A DNA stretch of 59,789 bases from Bacteroidota bacterium (GTDB lineage: Bacteria; CLD3; SB21), in assembly GCA_037445875.1 (NCBI GenBank), contig JBBIJR010000010.1, positions 1 through 59,789 on the forward strand. Reading direction: 5' to 3'. Shown piece by piece: positions 17,904 through 26,852 of this stretch (positions within the stretch are counted from its first letter, which is position 1; each line of letters starts with the position of its first letter). The translations under genes were made by a program, and so were the position numbers. The notes beneath the pieces are model-generated. The model worked only from the letters and a program-made list of their open reading frames with translations. It made no database searches and was not told the origin of the DNA.

Positions 17904-18074
17904 GGCGTGCGGGCTGTTCCGGGACAGTGCCGGGAACGATGAAGGATTGCGCCTTACCCTTGAGCGGCTTTTTCATGCCGGAAATATACGGTTTTCCCGG
18001 AAGATTCCCTTCAAAAAACCAGGTGCTCCCCCGCCGACGCATAGCCCCTTACCGGCGGGTCGTGTCGAGCACCT

Positions 18075-20456
18075 TCAGAACAGCTTTGCCATGCTCAAGC
18101 CAAGAAACAGACCCGGCCGATCGAGACGCCTGGCCACGTCGAACCGAAACAATCCGAAGAGCCCGTTGATCGATGCACCCAGCTCGTGGTGCAGTTTGTT
18201 CGTGTAGGCCGGTGTGTAACCCAGCTGCGCCAGCCGGGACGGACTTATCCAGGTGCGCCCGTGTCCGCCGAAAACAAGGATGCCGATGTTGCGCTTGACC
18301 AGCCACCGCAGACCGAGCAACTCGAACGGAACCGTCCGGAAATTATGTTCCCAGAATACGGCCGCATATCGCTCGCCTTCGTAGGCTCTCGTTCGGAGCG
18401 TCTTGAATGTGCCAAAGGGGGTGAATTCATCGATCGACCCGTCCAGCACAGCGAACTTCTGGATCGGCAGTCGGCCCGAGTAGGTTCCACCCACCGCCCG
18501 GACGTCCAGCGTATTGGCCAGAAATCGCCGGCGGAGGAACGTGTTGAAGCGCCAGTTGAGGGTCGCGCGGTAGGCGGTATAGTCGAAATCGCTGAGGAGA
18601 TCCGGACTGTGTTCCACCGCAAGCGAGAGGTTTCGGACGCCGACAACACCGAAAGGAACATCGTCGTCCCCGTACCGCACGCGCACGACCATCGCCCGCA
18701 GCATACCCTCGTCGATGCCGGGATTGGCCCGTTTGTCGTCCCGGGCGTTGAACACGCTCCAGTCGGTCGTCCTGGCGACGGACCGCTGCCGGTCGTTGAT
18801 GAACGCAGCCTCGAGGTTGATGTTTGGTGTGGGGAAATGAAAGCCCATGCTTCCCCGCACTTGTCTGGAACGGTAATAATCGAAATAATCTCTTGCTCCG
18901 AGAAGCGTCCCCAGGGCCGCGACCGAAGGTTCATAGTTGTCCGAAGCAAACCTCGTTTCGACGCCGTCGTAAAAACTCAGGCGCAGGGAAAACCGGGGAT
19001 TCGCTCCCCGGCGGAACTCACCTCCGGCGCCGTAGAACGGCTCTTTCAGCGAAGTCGTATACCCGCCGAGAATGAACGCCTTCCATCGTTTGTTGAACTC
19101 ATGCTCGTACTTTGCCCCAAGGCGTCCGCCTTCGACGCGGTTGTATCCGAGCTGAGGGCTGAGATCGCCGACAAAACGGCGGAACGCACTCTTCGGCTTT
19201 GCCTGCTCCGCCGCGACGCTGTCATTGTATTCGTCCTCCACCTTCACGAACCGCGCCAGCAGACCCGTCGGTTTGAAGGCCTTACCGAACGAGTCCCCGC
19301 GCTTGATCTCCGCATAGGCCGAATCCTCGCGGTCCGACAGCGGCACCATAACCTCGATGGAATCGAATCCGCCCTCCCGGGCCAACGACACGGAATCTAC
19401 GATCACTTGGGTCTTTTTCTTATACAGCGAGTCCGGCGGCGGCTCGTTGACAACGTAGTTGTTCAGTGCGCTGATCTGACTGTACAGTACGGAGGGAAAT
19501 TCAAGACCGGGCAGACCGATCTTGATCCGGCCATTCACACGGACATCCACCGGCAGCCAGTAATCTCTTCCGAAATTGTTGAACTGTTGCTCGTACGCTA
19601 CGCCCCACTCGCGGATGGGAGCCGGAAAGACCGATGTTTCCGAGGGCTTCAGATTTACGCCGATCAGGACAGAGTCCTTGTCCAGCACGGAAACCGTCCC
19701 GGCAAACGTCGGTTGCAGCTTGCTGCGGCTTTTTACCCGAATATCGTACACCTGATCCCCGTTCAGCGTCCGCTGTCCGATCAGTGTGAACTCGTAGTAG
19801 TCCAGCGCGTCCGGGTGCGTGGGACCGATGAAGCGCGAGCCCTGCACTTCCACCTCATCATCGTAGAAATTCAAAACGGCCGCTTCGGGATTGAACACCA
19901 TGTCCTTCGGGTCCACGTTTTTCGTGGCTCGCTTGGACCGGATCACAGCCCGGATGCCCCGGACGCGGTCCCAGTAGATATCGCCGACGGACTCGGAGAT
20001 CATCACGATACCGGAGTCGTTTTCCAGTACGACCCGGGAGTACGCGTCCGCTTTGAAGCCGGCCAGTCTATTGTGCCACTGCTGCTTCTTGCGGATCACG
20101 TTCCGCATCAGGAGGACGCCCGGATCCTCGCCGGTGATGACGACACCCTGCATCTCGATCGGCGACGGCGTGAGGGAGATGTCCAGCATGCCGATCGGAG
20201 GTTCTGCGAGCGTCACGCGTTTCGTTTCGTAGCCGATATACCGCACGACGATTACGGCGGGAAAGTCGTGTAGCGTCAGCACGTATTTGCCTTCCCGATT
20301 CGTGATCGTACCGCGATACGTTCCTTCGATCTGGAGATTGGCCGCCGGAAGAGCCTCCCCCGTGGCCGCGTCGCGAACGTATCCCGAGACCACGGTTTGT
20401 CCATAGGCGGCGCCGCACGTCAGCCAGAAAAAGAATACAGCCGAAAGTTGTTTCAT
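18075..20456 (-). CDS. CarboxypepD_reg-like plus DUF5686-type outer-membrane protein
   Basis: 793 aa. Signal peptide MKQLSAVFFFWLTCGAAYGQ, CarboxypepD_reg-like segment (VSGYVRDAATGEALPAANLQIEG..ITNREGKYVL..VRYIGYETK), and a C-terminal Omp85-like beta-barrel tail ending ..LGLSMAKLF. Confidence 0.75.
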   Translation of the reverse strand: MKQLSAVFFFWLTCGAAYGQTVVSGYVRDAATGEALPAANLQIEGTYRGTITNREGKYVLTLHDFPAVIVVRYIGYETKRVTLAEPPIGMLDISLTPSPIEMQGVVITGEDPGVLLMRNVIRKKQQWHNRLAGFKADAYSRVVLENDSGIVMISESVGDIYWDRVRGIRAVIRSKRATKNVDPKDMVFNPEAAVLNFYDDEVEVQGSRFIGPTHPDALDYYEFTLIGQRTLNGDQVYDIRVKSRSKLQPTFAGTVSVLDKDSVLIGVNLKPSETSVFPAPIREWGVAYEQQFNNFGRDYWLPVDVRVNGRIKIGLPGLEFPSVLYSQISALNNYVVNEPPPDSLYKKKTQVIVDSVSLAREGGFDSIEVMVPLSDREDSAYAEIKRGDSFGKAFKPTGLLARFVKVEDEYNDSVAAEQAKPKSAFRRFVGDLSPQLGYNRVEGGRLGAKYEHEFNKRWKAFILGGYTTSLKEPFYGAGGEFRRGANPRFSLRLSFYDGVETRFASDNYEPSVAALGTLLGARDYFDYYRSRQVRGSMGFHFPTPNINLEAAFINDRQRSVARTTDWSVFNARDDKRANPGIDEGMLRAMVVRVRYGDDDVPFGVVGVRNLSLAVEHSPDLLSDFDYTAYRATLNWRFNTFLRRRFLANTLDVRAVGGTYSGRLPIQKFAVLDGSIDEFTPFGTFKTLRTRAYEGERYAAVFWEHNFRTVPFELLGLRWLVKRNIGILVFGGHGRTWISPSRLAQLGYTPAYTNKLHHELGASINGLFGLFRFDVARRLDRPGLFLGLSMAKLF

Positions 20457-20602
20457 AGTCCCTCGAGGATGAAGACTCAGACGGATGACACCGTGTTAAA
20501 CGGCCTCAATCGGCAAAAGTTTCACCGACAGGACGCTATCCTATCGCGAGTGGTCGGGACTTCGGTGGGACTACCGTCGATCAAGCTTCAGCGTGCGGGA
20601 AC

Positions 20603-21067
20603 TCACGCAGCCCCGGGCGGCCTGCGTACGGCACGTCTGCGTCTTGTTTGTAAGTGCTCGCGTTTGCCAACACGGTAGGCCAGCGCCATCAGTCTGCGAA
20701 AGGCGGCATCGATGTCTTCCGGCTTGTGCAGGCGGAAGTGATGCAGAAAACAGCGCGGACCCAGTTCCTCCACGCGGTAAATCGTGCGATGCCGGCGTCT
20801 GCGCGTCAGCCAGAAACCGCCGGCGATGAAGTTCCGTCCGATCCGGTGCACGCTGCCGAACCGCACATCCACCATGAAGGCCACGCGGGTTTTGACCGGA
20901 TCAAGCGTGATCGGCCCGATCTTGTCGTACTCTTTCAGAAAATAGTGGAACAGCCGGACCGATGGTTCGGGTTTGCCTTTAAGAAAGTCCGCAACGGTGT
21001 AGTTCCCGCAGGAATGCCACAGGTTCTTCTGCACGAACCGGTGGCCGCATTTCGGACAGGTCCACAT
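20603..21067 (-). CDS. DUF5655-like protein with N-terminal zinc-ribbon
   Basis: Track ORF 20603..21241 trimmed to the ATG 21065-21067, preceded by GGAGGA. The N-terminus is MWTCPKCGHRFVQKNLWHSCGNYTVADFL.., typical of this family. Confidence 0.6.
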   Translation of the reverse strand: MWTCPKCGHRFVQKNLWHSCGNYTVADFLKGKPEPSVRLFHYFLKEYDKIGPITLDPVKTRVAFMVDVRFGSVHRIGRNFIAGGFWLTRRRRHRTIYRVEELGPRCFLHHFRLHKPEDIDAAFRRLMALAYRVGKREHLQTRRRRAVRRPPGAA

Positions 21068-21356
21068 GAGTCCTCCAGGATCAGATCGCATGAGTCTGCA
21101 TTCCGCGTTGGAAAGCCTGCTTTTGGCCATCCCGCAAAGAGTGTTCACGTCGTATCTCCACGGAGTAGGATGGACAGGCCTTCTGCGGGAGATGGATAGG
21201 AAGCCTGTCATTGGGCTGAAGCCCAGGAGGATACTTTGCAATTGAGATAGTTGTTCTCGTTACCCACGAGCTAAAGTTCGCGGCAATCCGGTGTAAATCA
21301 GCGCCTCTTTTGGGCGGGAAGGGCAGCACTGATAATTGTTTATTGATAGCTGTTCA

Positions 21357-21614
21357 TTAGGATGAGGGGGCGTGGAACGCCGCCGCCGGACCGCCCGGAT
21401 GCGACGACACCCACTTCAAGTCTCCGCCCGCACAAAAGGCTTTTCCGTTGCCCGTCACGACGATACCTCGAACGGAGGCATCGCAGGACAGAGACAACAT
21501 CCGGTCCGCGAGGGCCGTCGCCATGTTCATGTCGAGCGAGTTATACTGCTGCGGACGGTTCAGGATTACGTACGCTACGGATTCCCTCTGTTCGATCACG
21601 ACCGGCGCTTCCAT
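21357..21614 (-). pseudogene. enoyl-CoA hydratase/isomerase (crotonase) N-terminal remnant
   Basis: Only about 85 aa: MEAPVVIEQRESVAYVILNRPQQYNSLDMNMATALADRMLSL..VRGIVVTGNGKAFCAGGDLKW.., then a stop. Full-length crotonases are about 250-270 aa. The SD (GGAG) and ATG are intact. The 289 bp downstream are AT-richer and show no crotonase-like frame. Confidence 0.6.
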
Positions 21615-21925
21615 CACCTGCTCCTTTTTTGTCTGTTTGAAGACATTCGGTCCGCAGCCTCCGCTGCACGGGGCCGAACATCCCCGCGCTCAAAGTAACG
21701 ACGGCGGCGGCGTTTTGCAAAGACTTTGACGACGGCAGTCAACCCGCTCACGACATTTGATTTTCTGGCGGTTTGTGACGTACCTTGTTGTGTTGCCCGG
21801 CTTCCGTCCGGGAAAACCATACCGCCCAGGGAATCATACCGGCGCCTGTCCCGCAGTCGAGTTTTGTTTTCCGTTTCCGGTCTTCCGCCGTATTACCATA
21901 TCTTGATCCAACCAGGAGGAGCCGC

Positions 21926-22549
21926 ATGAGATCCGTTGCAGCAATCTGCGTGGCAGTAATGTGCTTCGGCCCGCGTGATACGCACGCGCAAATCGTTTCC
22001 GGGCGTCTCGCCCCGTTCGAGGTCGACTTTGTGAAAATGGTCTCCGACCTGGCCAACGGCAGCAAGGTCAGCTACGTTAACGACGGAAACGTCGGCCGAT
22101 GGTTCGGTGTATCCGCCGGCGTGTACTACTTGAGCATCCGCGAAGGCGGCAAGGCCGGCAAAGCGCTGGGCGCCGGTCTTCAGGCACGGTACATCTTCAA
22201 CAACTCCGTTCACCTTCTGCCCGAGTTCGTGTATTCCCCCTTCTACATCCATAAGAAGTTTCACCTCCGATTGTCCCTCGGCCCTTCCGTCAATTTCATA
22301 ACGTATCGCCGCCTGACGGGAATCTCCGGTACCATCATCCAAAAGGCTGAATACGACAACATCCACCGAGCGAGTATTGGGGCGGCCGTTGGTCTCTATA
22401 TGAAGACCTACAAGTCCCGGATAGGCATCCCGCTCGACTACTCGGTGGTGTACAGTTTCATTCCAACGGACAGCCACTACAAGAGCGACGATCATGTATT
22501 CCTGATGTCGTTCGGCATCGGGTTCGACCTTTACGACGGAGCGGAATGA
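21926..22549 (+). CDS. small signal-peptide protein, outer-membrane beta-barrel-like
   Basis: Track ORF 21785..22549 trimmed to the ATG 21926, preceded by AGGAGGAG. Signal peptide MRSVAAICVAVMCFGPRDTHAQ. The body shows alternating hydrophobic beta-strand-like segments (..GVSAGVYYLSI.., ..LRLSLGPSVNFITY.., ..VFLMSFGIGFDLY). Confidence 0.5.
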   Translation: MRSVAAICVAVMCFGPRDTHAQIVSGRLAPFEVDFVKMVSDLANGSKVSYVNDGNVGRWFGVSAGVYYLSIREGGKAGKALGAGLQARYIFNNSVHLLPEFVYSPFYIHKKFHLRLSLGPSVNFITYRRLTGISGTIIQKAEYDNIHRASIGAAVGLYMKTYKSRIGIPLDYSVVYSFIPTDSHYKSDDHVFLMSFGIGFDLYDGAE

Positions 22550-25500
22550 CCATGACGGCGCACCGGTCATTTGTGATGGGTTTTCTTTCCCTCGCCGCGG
22601 CGGCCGGAGACGTACTCACCTCGCAGGAACTCGCCGTCACGACGGTCATTCAAAGCGGACACAAAGGCTCGGTCAACGCGGTCGTCTTCAGCCCGGACGG
22701 CCGGTTGGTCTTGACGGGCAGTTCCGATAACACAGCCAAATTGTGGGACGCGGTCACGGGCAGCGAAATTCGGACCTGGCGCCACACAGACAAGGTCAAT
22801 GCGGTTGCCTTCAGTCACTCAGGCCTTTACGCCGCGACCGGAAGCAGCGACGGTACGGTTGGCCTATGGAGTGTGGAGAGCGGCGAGCGCGTGCGGTCCC
22901 TCGGCCCCGGAACCTGCCCCATCCTCGAGACTAAATTCGGACCCGATGACAGGCAAATCCTGATCGGCGGGGGCTTCACCGTCTATGAAGGCAAGGGGCG
23001 GTTCTTCGGCGAGCTCTGGGACCCATTCTCCGGAGAGCGGCTCAACATTCTTTCGGACGAGGCGCCGGGCGACAATTTGCGTGCGGCGGATTTTAGCGCC
23101 GACGGTGAAAGGATCGTCTTCACGGACGGCCGGTCGATCTTTCTGTGGGATCGCGCGGAAGGTCGAGTCGTGCAGAAGACCGATCGGGGGGGCTCGCTCA
23201 AAGGTGACGGCAATAATTTTTCGGCGGTGCTTTTTGCTCACGGATCGATCTTGTCCGCCAATTCCGGTCCCGTCACGCTGGCCGGGAAGTCCATGAGCAC
23301 GATGAAACCGAGCTCCACATTTTCCTTGAAAACATTTTGCGATCTGCAATTATGGAGCGGTTCGCTGGAACAGGAATTGCGGACTGTTCGAATCGATGCG
23401 TACGTCGGAAAGATCGCCTTGAGTCCGAACGGCCGGTACTTGCTGACGACGGGTCCGCATCCGAATTTCCGGCCCGACGTGTTGTTCGACTTCGAATCCA
23501 CACTGGTGGATCTGGCAATGGGCTCCATCGTCCGGTCGTTCACCGACACCGCGGACAACGCGGCCCGGCCCACATGCGGGAGTTTCTCTCCCGACGGTGC
23601 GCTCATCGCATTGGGCATGAGCGACGGAACAGCCCGTATCGTCGAAGCTCGCTCGGGCCGCCTGGTCCAGACGCTGGAGGGTCAAACGGGGTTGACCAGA
23701 CACGTCGCACTCAGTGCAGACGAGCGGACCCTCTACACCGCCTCCGATACGCACCTCCGGAAGTGGGACCTGGCCGCGGGCAGCGTTTCGCACCACGATA
23801 CACGGCACCCCTTCCCCGTTCACGCCATGACGCTCAGCCGCGACGGAACGCGTCTGGCGACCGGAAGCGGTAAATACGTGGTCAAGCCTTCGGGCTTGTC
23901 GGAGAGCTTCTACGACATACGAGTGTGGGACACGCAAACGTGGCTCGAAACGTGCACCCTGTTCAATGTCCCCGAGGATCAACGATTGCCTCTGAACGCA
24001 GGAGCGAGAACATCCAGAGGGTCCTTCTGGTTCTGGGCCTACTATTTCGGTGCATATTCCCGGGAAGAGAATGCGCTGACGCTGGTTTTCACTCCGGACA
24101 ACTTGCGGTTGGTCTCCGGATGCTACGGCGGAGGGCTGTCGGTTTGGGATCTCGCGTCGCGGAAACAGGTCCGCACTTTCAAGGATTCACGGTGGGTGCA
24201 ATCCGCGGCCATGGATGCCGCAGGGACGACGCTCGCCGCAGGGTTCGGCAAGTACGTAAGCGACGGCGCCGAAAAAGGGCAGGTGCGGCTATGGAGGGTG
24301 AGCGATTGGAAGGAGCTGCGGATCGACGATCCTCCACCCGCCGAATCGATTGTCCCATCCGTGTCGTTAAGCCCCGACGGAAGGTATCTCGCGGCCGGGA
24401 TCAACGAGTACGCCAACCTGACCTGGAGTTCGTGGACGTGGAAGATCAAGGGAAGCCGCGCCGATGTCTGGGAAATCGCCACCGGCAGGAAAACAGCGAC
24501 GTTGCCGACGGATGGGATACAAGCGGTTGTTTACGCGCCGGACGGGGGGAGCCTGTTCATCGGCGGGACCGGAGGTTCCGGAGAACTGTGGAACATGGCA
24601 ACGGCCGCGCCGGTTCGCACGCTCGATGGGGCGCAGTGCGATTTCGCTCTCTCGACGGACCGGCTCGTCTCGGTCAGCAAGGACGGCTACGTCGTGTTGT
24701 GGGACCGTACGTCGGGCGGGGAACTTGCGCGCTTCGTTTCCGTGGGGACGGAGGATTTCGCCATCCTGACGCCGGACCACTACTATATGGCGTCCAAAGG
24801 AGCGCTGAAGGGCTTTCACTTCTCCCAGGGCCTCAGGACGTATTCGTTCGATAATTTCGATCTCCTGTTCAACCGGCCCGATATCGTCGTGCGGCGGCTG
24901 GGCGTGGCCGATACGTCGCTGGTTGCTTCGTATTACCGTGCCTACCTGAAGCGGCTCAAGCGATTGGGCTTTTCCGTGGAACAGATCGGCAGCGATATGC
25001 ATTTACCTGTTGTCGAGATCGCGACAAAAGAACTTCCCCGCGAAACGACCGAGCGTCGACTTTCGGTTGAAATACAGGCTTTCGATTCGCTGTACCGCCT
25101 CGACAGGATCAATGTGTATGTCAACGACGTTCCTGTCCATGGCCTCGGCGGAATTCCCCTTCGCGACGGCGCCGCTTCCCGCGTCACACGAACGATCGAA
25201 CTTGCGTTGAGCGCAGGCCGGAACAAGGTGCAGATATCTGTTCACAACGAAAAGGGAGTCGAGTCGTTGAAGCAGACGTTCGAGGTTACATGCGCGGCAA
25301 AGGCGTCGCCGGTACTGTACGCCGTGGTCATCGGCGTGAGCGACTACGCGGAGGATGCATTCGACCTGCGATACGCCTCAAAGGACGCGGACGACCTCGC
25401 TTCCCTGCTGGAGAGCCGTCCGAACACCCGGGTGCTCCGCATACTCGACAAAGACGCCACCCGCGAAACGATTCTCAAGGCCCGCGACTTCCTGATGCAG

Positions 25501-26118
25501 TCCGGTGTGGACGATCAGGCCATCGTGTTCGCCGCCGGCCACGGCCTCGTGGACGACAACCTGGACTGGTATTTCGCGACGCACGACGTGGAGTTTGATG
25601 CTCCGGCGGCACGAGGCGTGGCATACGACGAACTGGAGCGATTGTTGGACGGGATCCCCGCCCGTCGGCGGCTCTTGCTGATGGACGCGTGCCATTCCGG
25701 TGAAGTTGACAAGGAAGAACACGTGCTGGTCGCCGCCACCGGCGGTGCAAGCGGTCCCGTGAAGAGCCGGGCTTTCAAGGCGAAGACGGTTGCCCGGAGA
25801 TCGCTTGGGCTCGAGAATTCCTTTGAACTGATGCAGCAGTTGTTCGCCGATCTCAATAAAGGCACGGGCGCAATGGTGATCAGTTCCGCCGGCGGCGCCG
25901 AGTATGCGTACGAAAGCGCCGATTGGAGGAACGGCGTATTCACCTACTCTCTGCTGGAGGGCCTGAAAACCGGGAAGGCGGATTCGAACGGGGACGGCCG
26001 GGTGACCGTTATGGAACTGAGGGAATACGTCGCCTATAGCGTGCAGAAACTCACGCAGGGCAAGCAGCATCCCACGTCCCGGAAGGAGAATCTCGAGTTC
26101 GACTTTACGGTGTGGTAG
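22546..26118 (+). CDS. WD40-repeat / caspase-like (peptidase C14) fusion protein with hydrophobic N-terminus
   Basis: 1190 aa. There are many WD40-type units (GHKGSVNAVVFSPDGRLVLTGSSDNTAKLWD; ..AFSHSGLYAATGSSDGTVGLWS; ..SRDGTRLATGSG..; ..VSDGAEKGQVRLWRV..). The C-terminal caspase fold runs YAVVIGVSDY..IVFAAGHGL..LLLMDACHSGE, with His codon 25540-25542 and Cys codon 25690-25692. The ATG overlaps the upstream stop (ATGA 22546-22549). Confidence 0.8.
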   Translation: MTMTAHRSFVMGFLSLAAAAGDVLTSQELAVTTVIQSGHKGSVNAVVFSPDGRLVLTGSSDNTAKLWDAVTGSEIRTWRHTDKVNAVAFSHSGLYAATGSSDGTVGLWSVESGERVRSLGPGTCPILETKFGPDDRQILIGGGFTVYEGKGRFFGELWDPFSGERLNILSDEAPGDNLRAADFSADGERIVFTDGRSIFLWDRAEGRVVQKTDRGGSLKGDGNNFSAVLFAHGSILSANSGPVTLAGKSMSTMKPSSTFSLKTFCDLQLWSGSLEQELRTVRIDAYVGKIALSPNGRYLLTTGPHPNFRPDVLFDFESTLVDLAMGSIVRSFTDTADNAARPTCGSFSPDGALIALGMSDGTARIVEARSGRLVQTLEGQTGLTRHVALSADERTLYTASDTHLRKWDLAAGSVSHHDTRHPFPVHAMTLSRDGTRLATGSGKYVVKPSGLSESFYDIRVWDTQTWLETCTLFNVPEDQRLPLNAGARTSRGSFWFWAYYFGAYSREENALTLVFTPDNLRLVSGCYGGGLSVWDLASRKQVRTFKDSRWVQSAAMDAAGTTLAAGFGKYVSDGAEKGQVRLWRVSDWKELRIDDPPPAESIVPSVSLSPDGRYLAAGINEYANLTWSSWTWKIKGSRADVWEIATGRKTATLPTDGIQAVVYAPDGGSLFIGGTGGSGELWNMATAAPVRTLDGAQCDFALSTDRLVSVSKDGYVVLWDRTSGGELARFVSVGTEDFAILTPDHYYMASKGALKGFHFSQGLRTYSFDNFDLLFNRPDIVVRRLGVADTSLVASYYRAYLKRLKRLGFSVEQIGSDMHLPVVEIATKELPRETTERRLSVEIQAFDSLYRLDRINVYVNDVPVHGLGGIPLRDGAASRVTRTIELALSAGRNKVQISVHNEKGVESLKQTFEVTCAAKASPVLYAVVIGVSDYAEDAFDLRYASKDADDLASLLESRPNTRVLRILDKDATRETILKARDFLMQSGVDDQAIVFAAGHGLVDDNLDWYFATHDVEFDAPAARGVAYDELERLLDGIPARRRLLLMDACHSGEVDKEEHVLVAATGGASGPVKSRAFKAKTVARRSLGLENSFELMQQLFADLNKGTGAMVISSAGGAEYAYESADWRNGVFTYSLLEGLKTGKADSNGDGRVTVMELREYVAYSVQKLTQGKQHPTSRKENLEFDFTVW

Positions 26119-26164
26119 GAAGAGGGCTTTCTGGGCGTCGCGTGAACCTGGCGGTCAGAGCAAC

Positions 26165-26770
26165 TCAAATAAACCTCCTCACTTTCTTCATATACTCCGC
26201 ATACGCCTCCCCGTGCCGGCGGGTGAGGAATTCCTCCTCGAATGCTATTTGCAGCCGGATCAGAACGTAGCTTACAACGAGGATCAACAGCGTGATCGCG
26301 TCGGGTAGGACGATAAACAACCCCAGCAGACCGGCCAGCAGGCCGAGGAAGACGGGATTCCGAGAGATGCGGAACACACCGCGGGTCACGAGCGGTGTTT
26401 TTTCCTCTTCATCCAGACCGATCCGCCATGCATCGCTCATCTGCACCTGCGCGAAGATCGTCCAGATCAGCGATATGAGCATCAAGCCGAGCCCCGCCAG
26501 CACTCCGATCTCGTGTTCCTCCGGCCCCATCAGCGGAATCCAGAAATCGAATCCACCCACAACATTGATCGCGATGGAGTAGAGAAAAAGCAGTATGATC
26601 GTCCAACGGAAGTATTGGCCCACGAGCCCTTGCGGGGACCGATCGTTCGGGAACACCACCGCATTTCGGCCGATCTTACGGCTGATCCGGATCGTCGGCA
26701 CGACAAAGACGAGCAGGAAATACCAGGAGAAATAAATGAGGATGGTTAGGTTCAGGTATTCGGAGATCAT
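26165..26770 (-). CDS. ICMT/PEMT-family membrane methyltransferase (second paralog in the window)
   Basis: 201 aa and multi-TM. The signature is ..LVTRGVFRISRNPVFLGLLAG..EEEFLTRRHGEAYAEYMKKVRRFI. Confidence 0.7.
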   Translation of the reverse strand: MISEYLNLTILIYFSWYFLLVFVVPTIRISRKIGRNAVVFPNDRSPQGLVGQYFRWTIILLFLYSIAINVVGGFDFWIPLMGPEEHEIGVLAGLGLMLISLIWTIFAQVQMSDAWRIGLDEEEKTPLVTRGVFRISRNPVFLGLLAGLLGLFIVLPDAITLLILVVSYVLIRLQIAFEEEFLTRRHGEAYAEYMKKVRRFI

Positions 26771-26852
26771 CGGTTATTGTCTGAATTCTGTATTGAGAGG
26801 CCGCACTATAGTCCAGCGGGACTCGGATCAAAGGACCGATGCCGTCTCCATG

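Noticed and set aside
20603-21241. The N-terminal 58 codons of the 212-aa ORF.
   Set aside because: The family-typical MWTCPKCG start at 21067 has a GGAGGA SD. The upstream extension has no such signal and reads as non-protein-like sequence.
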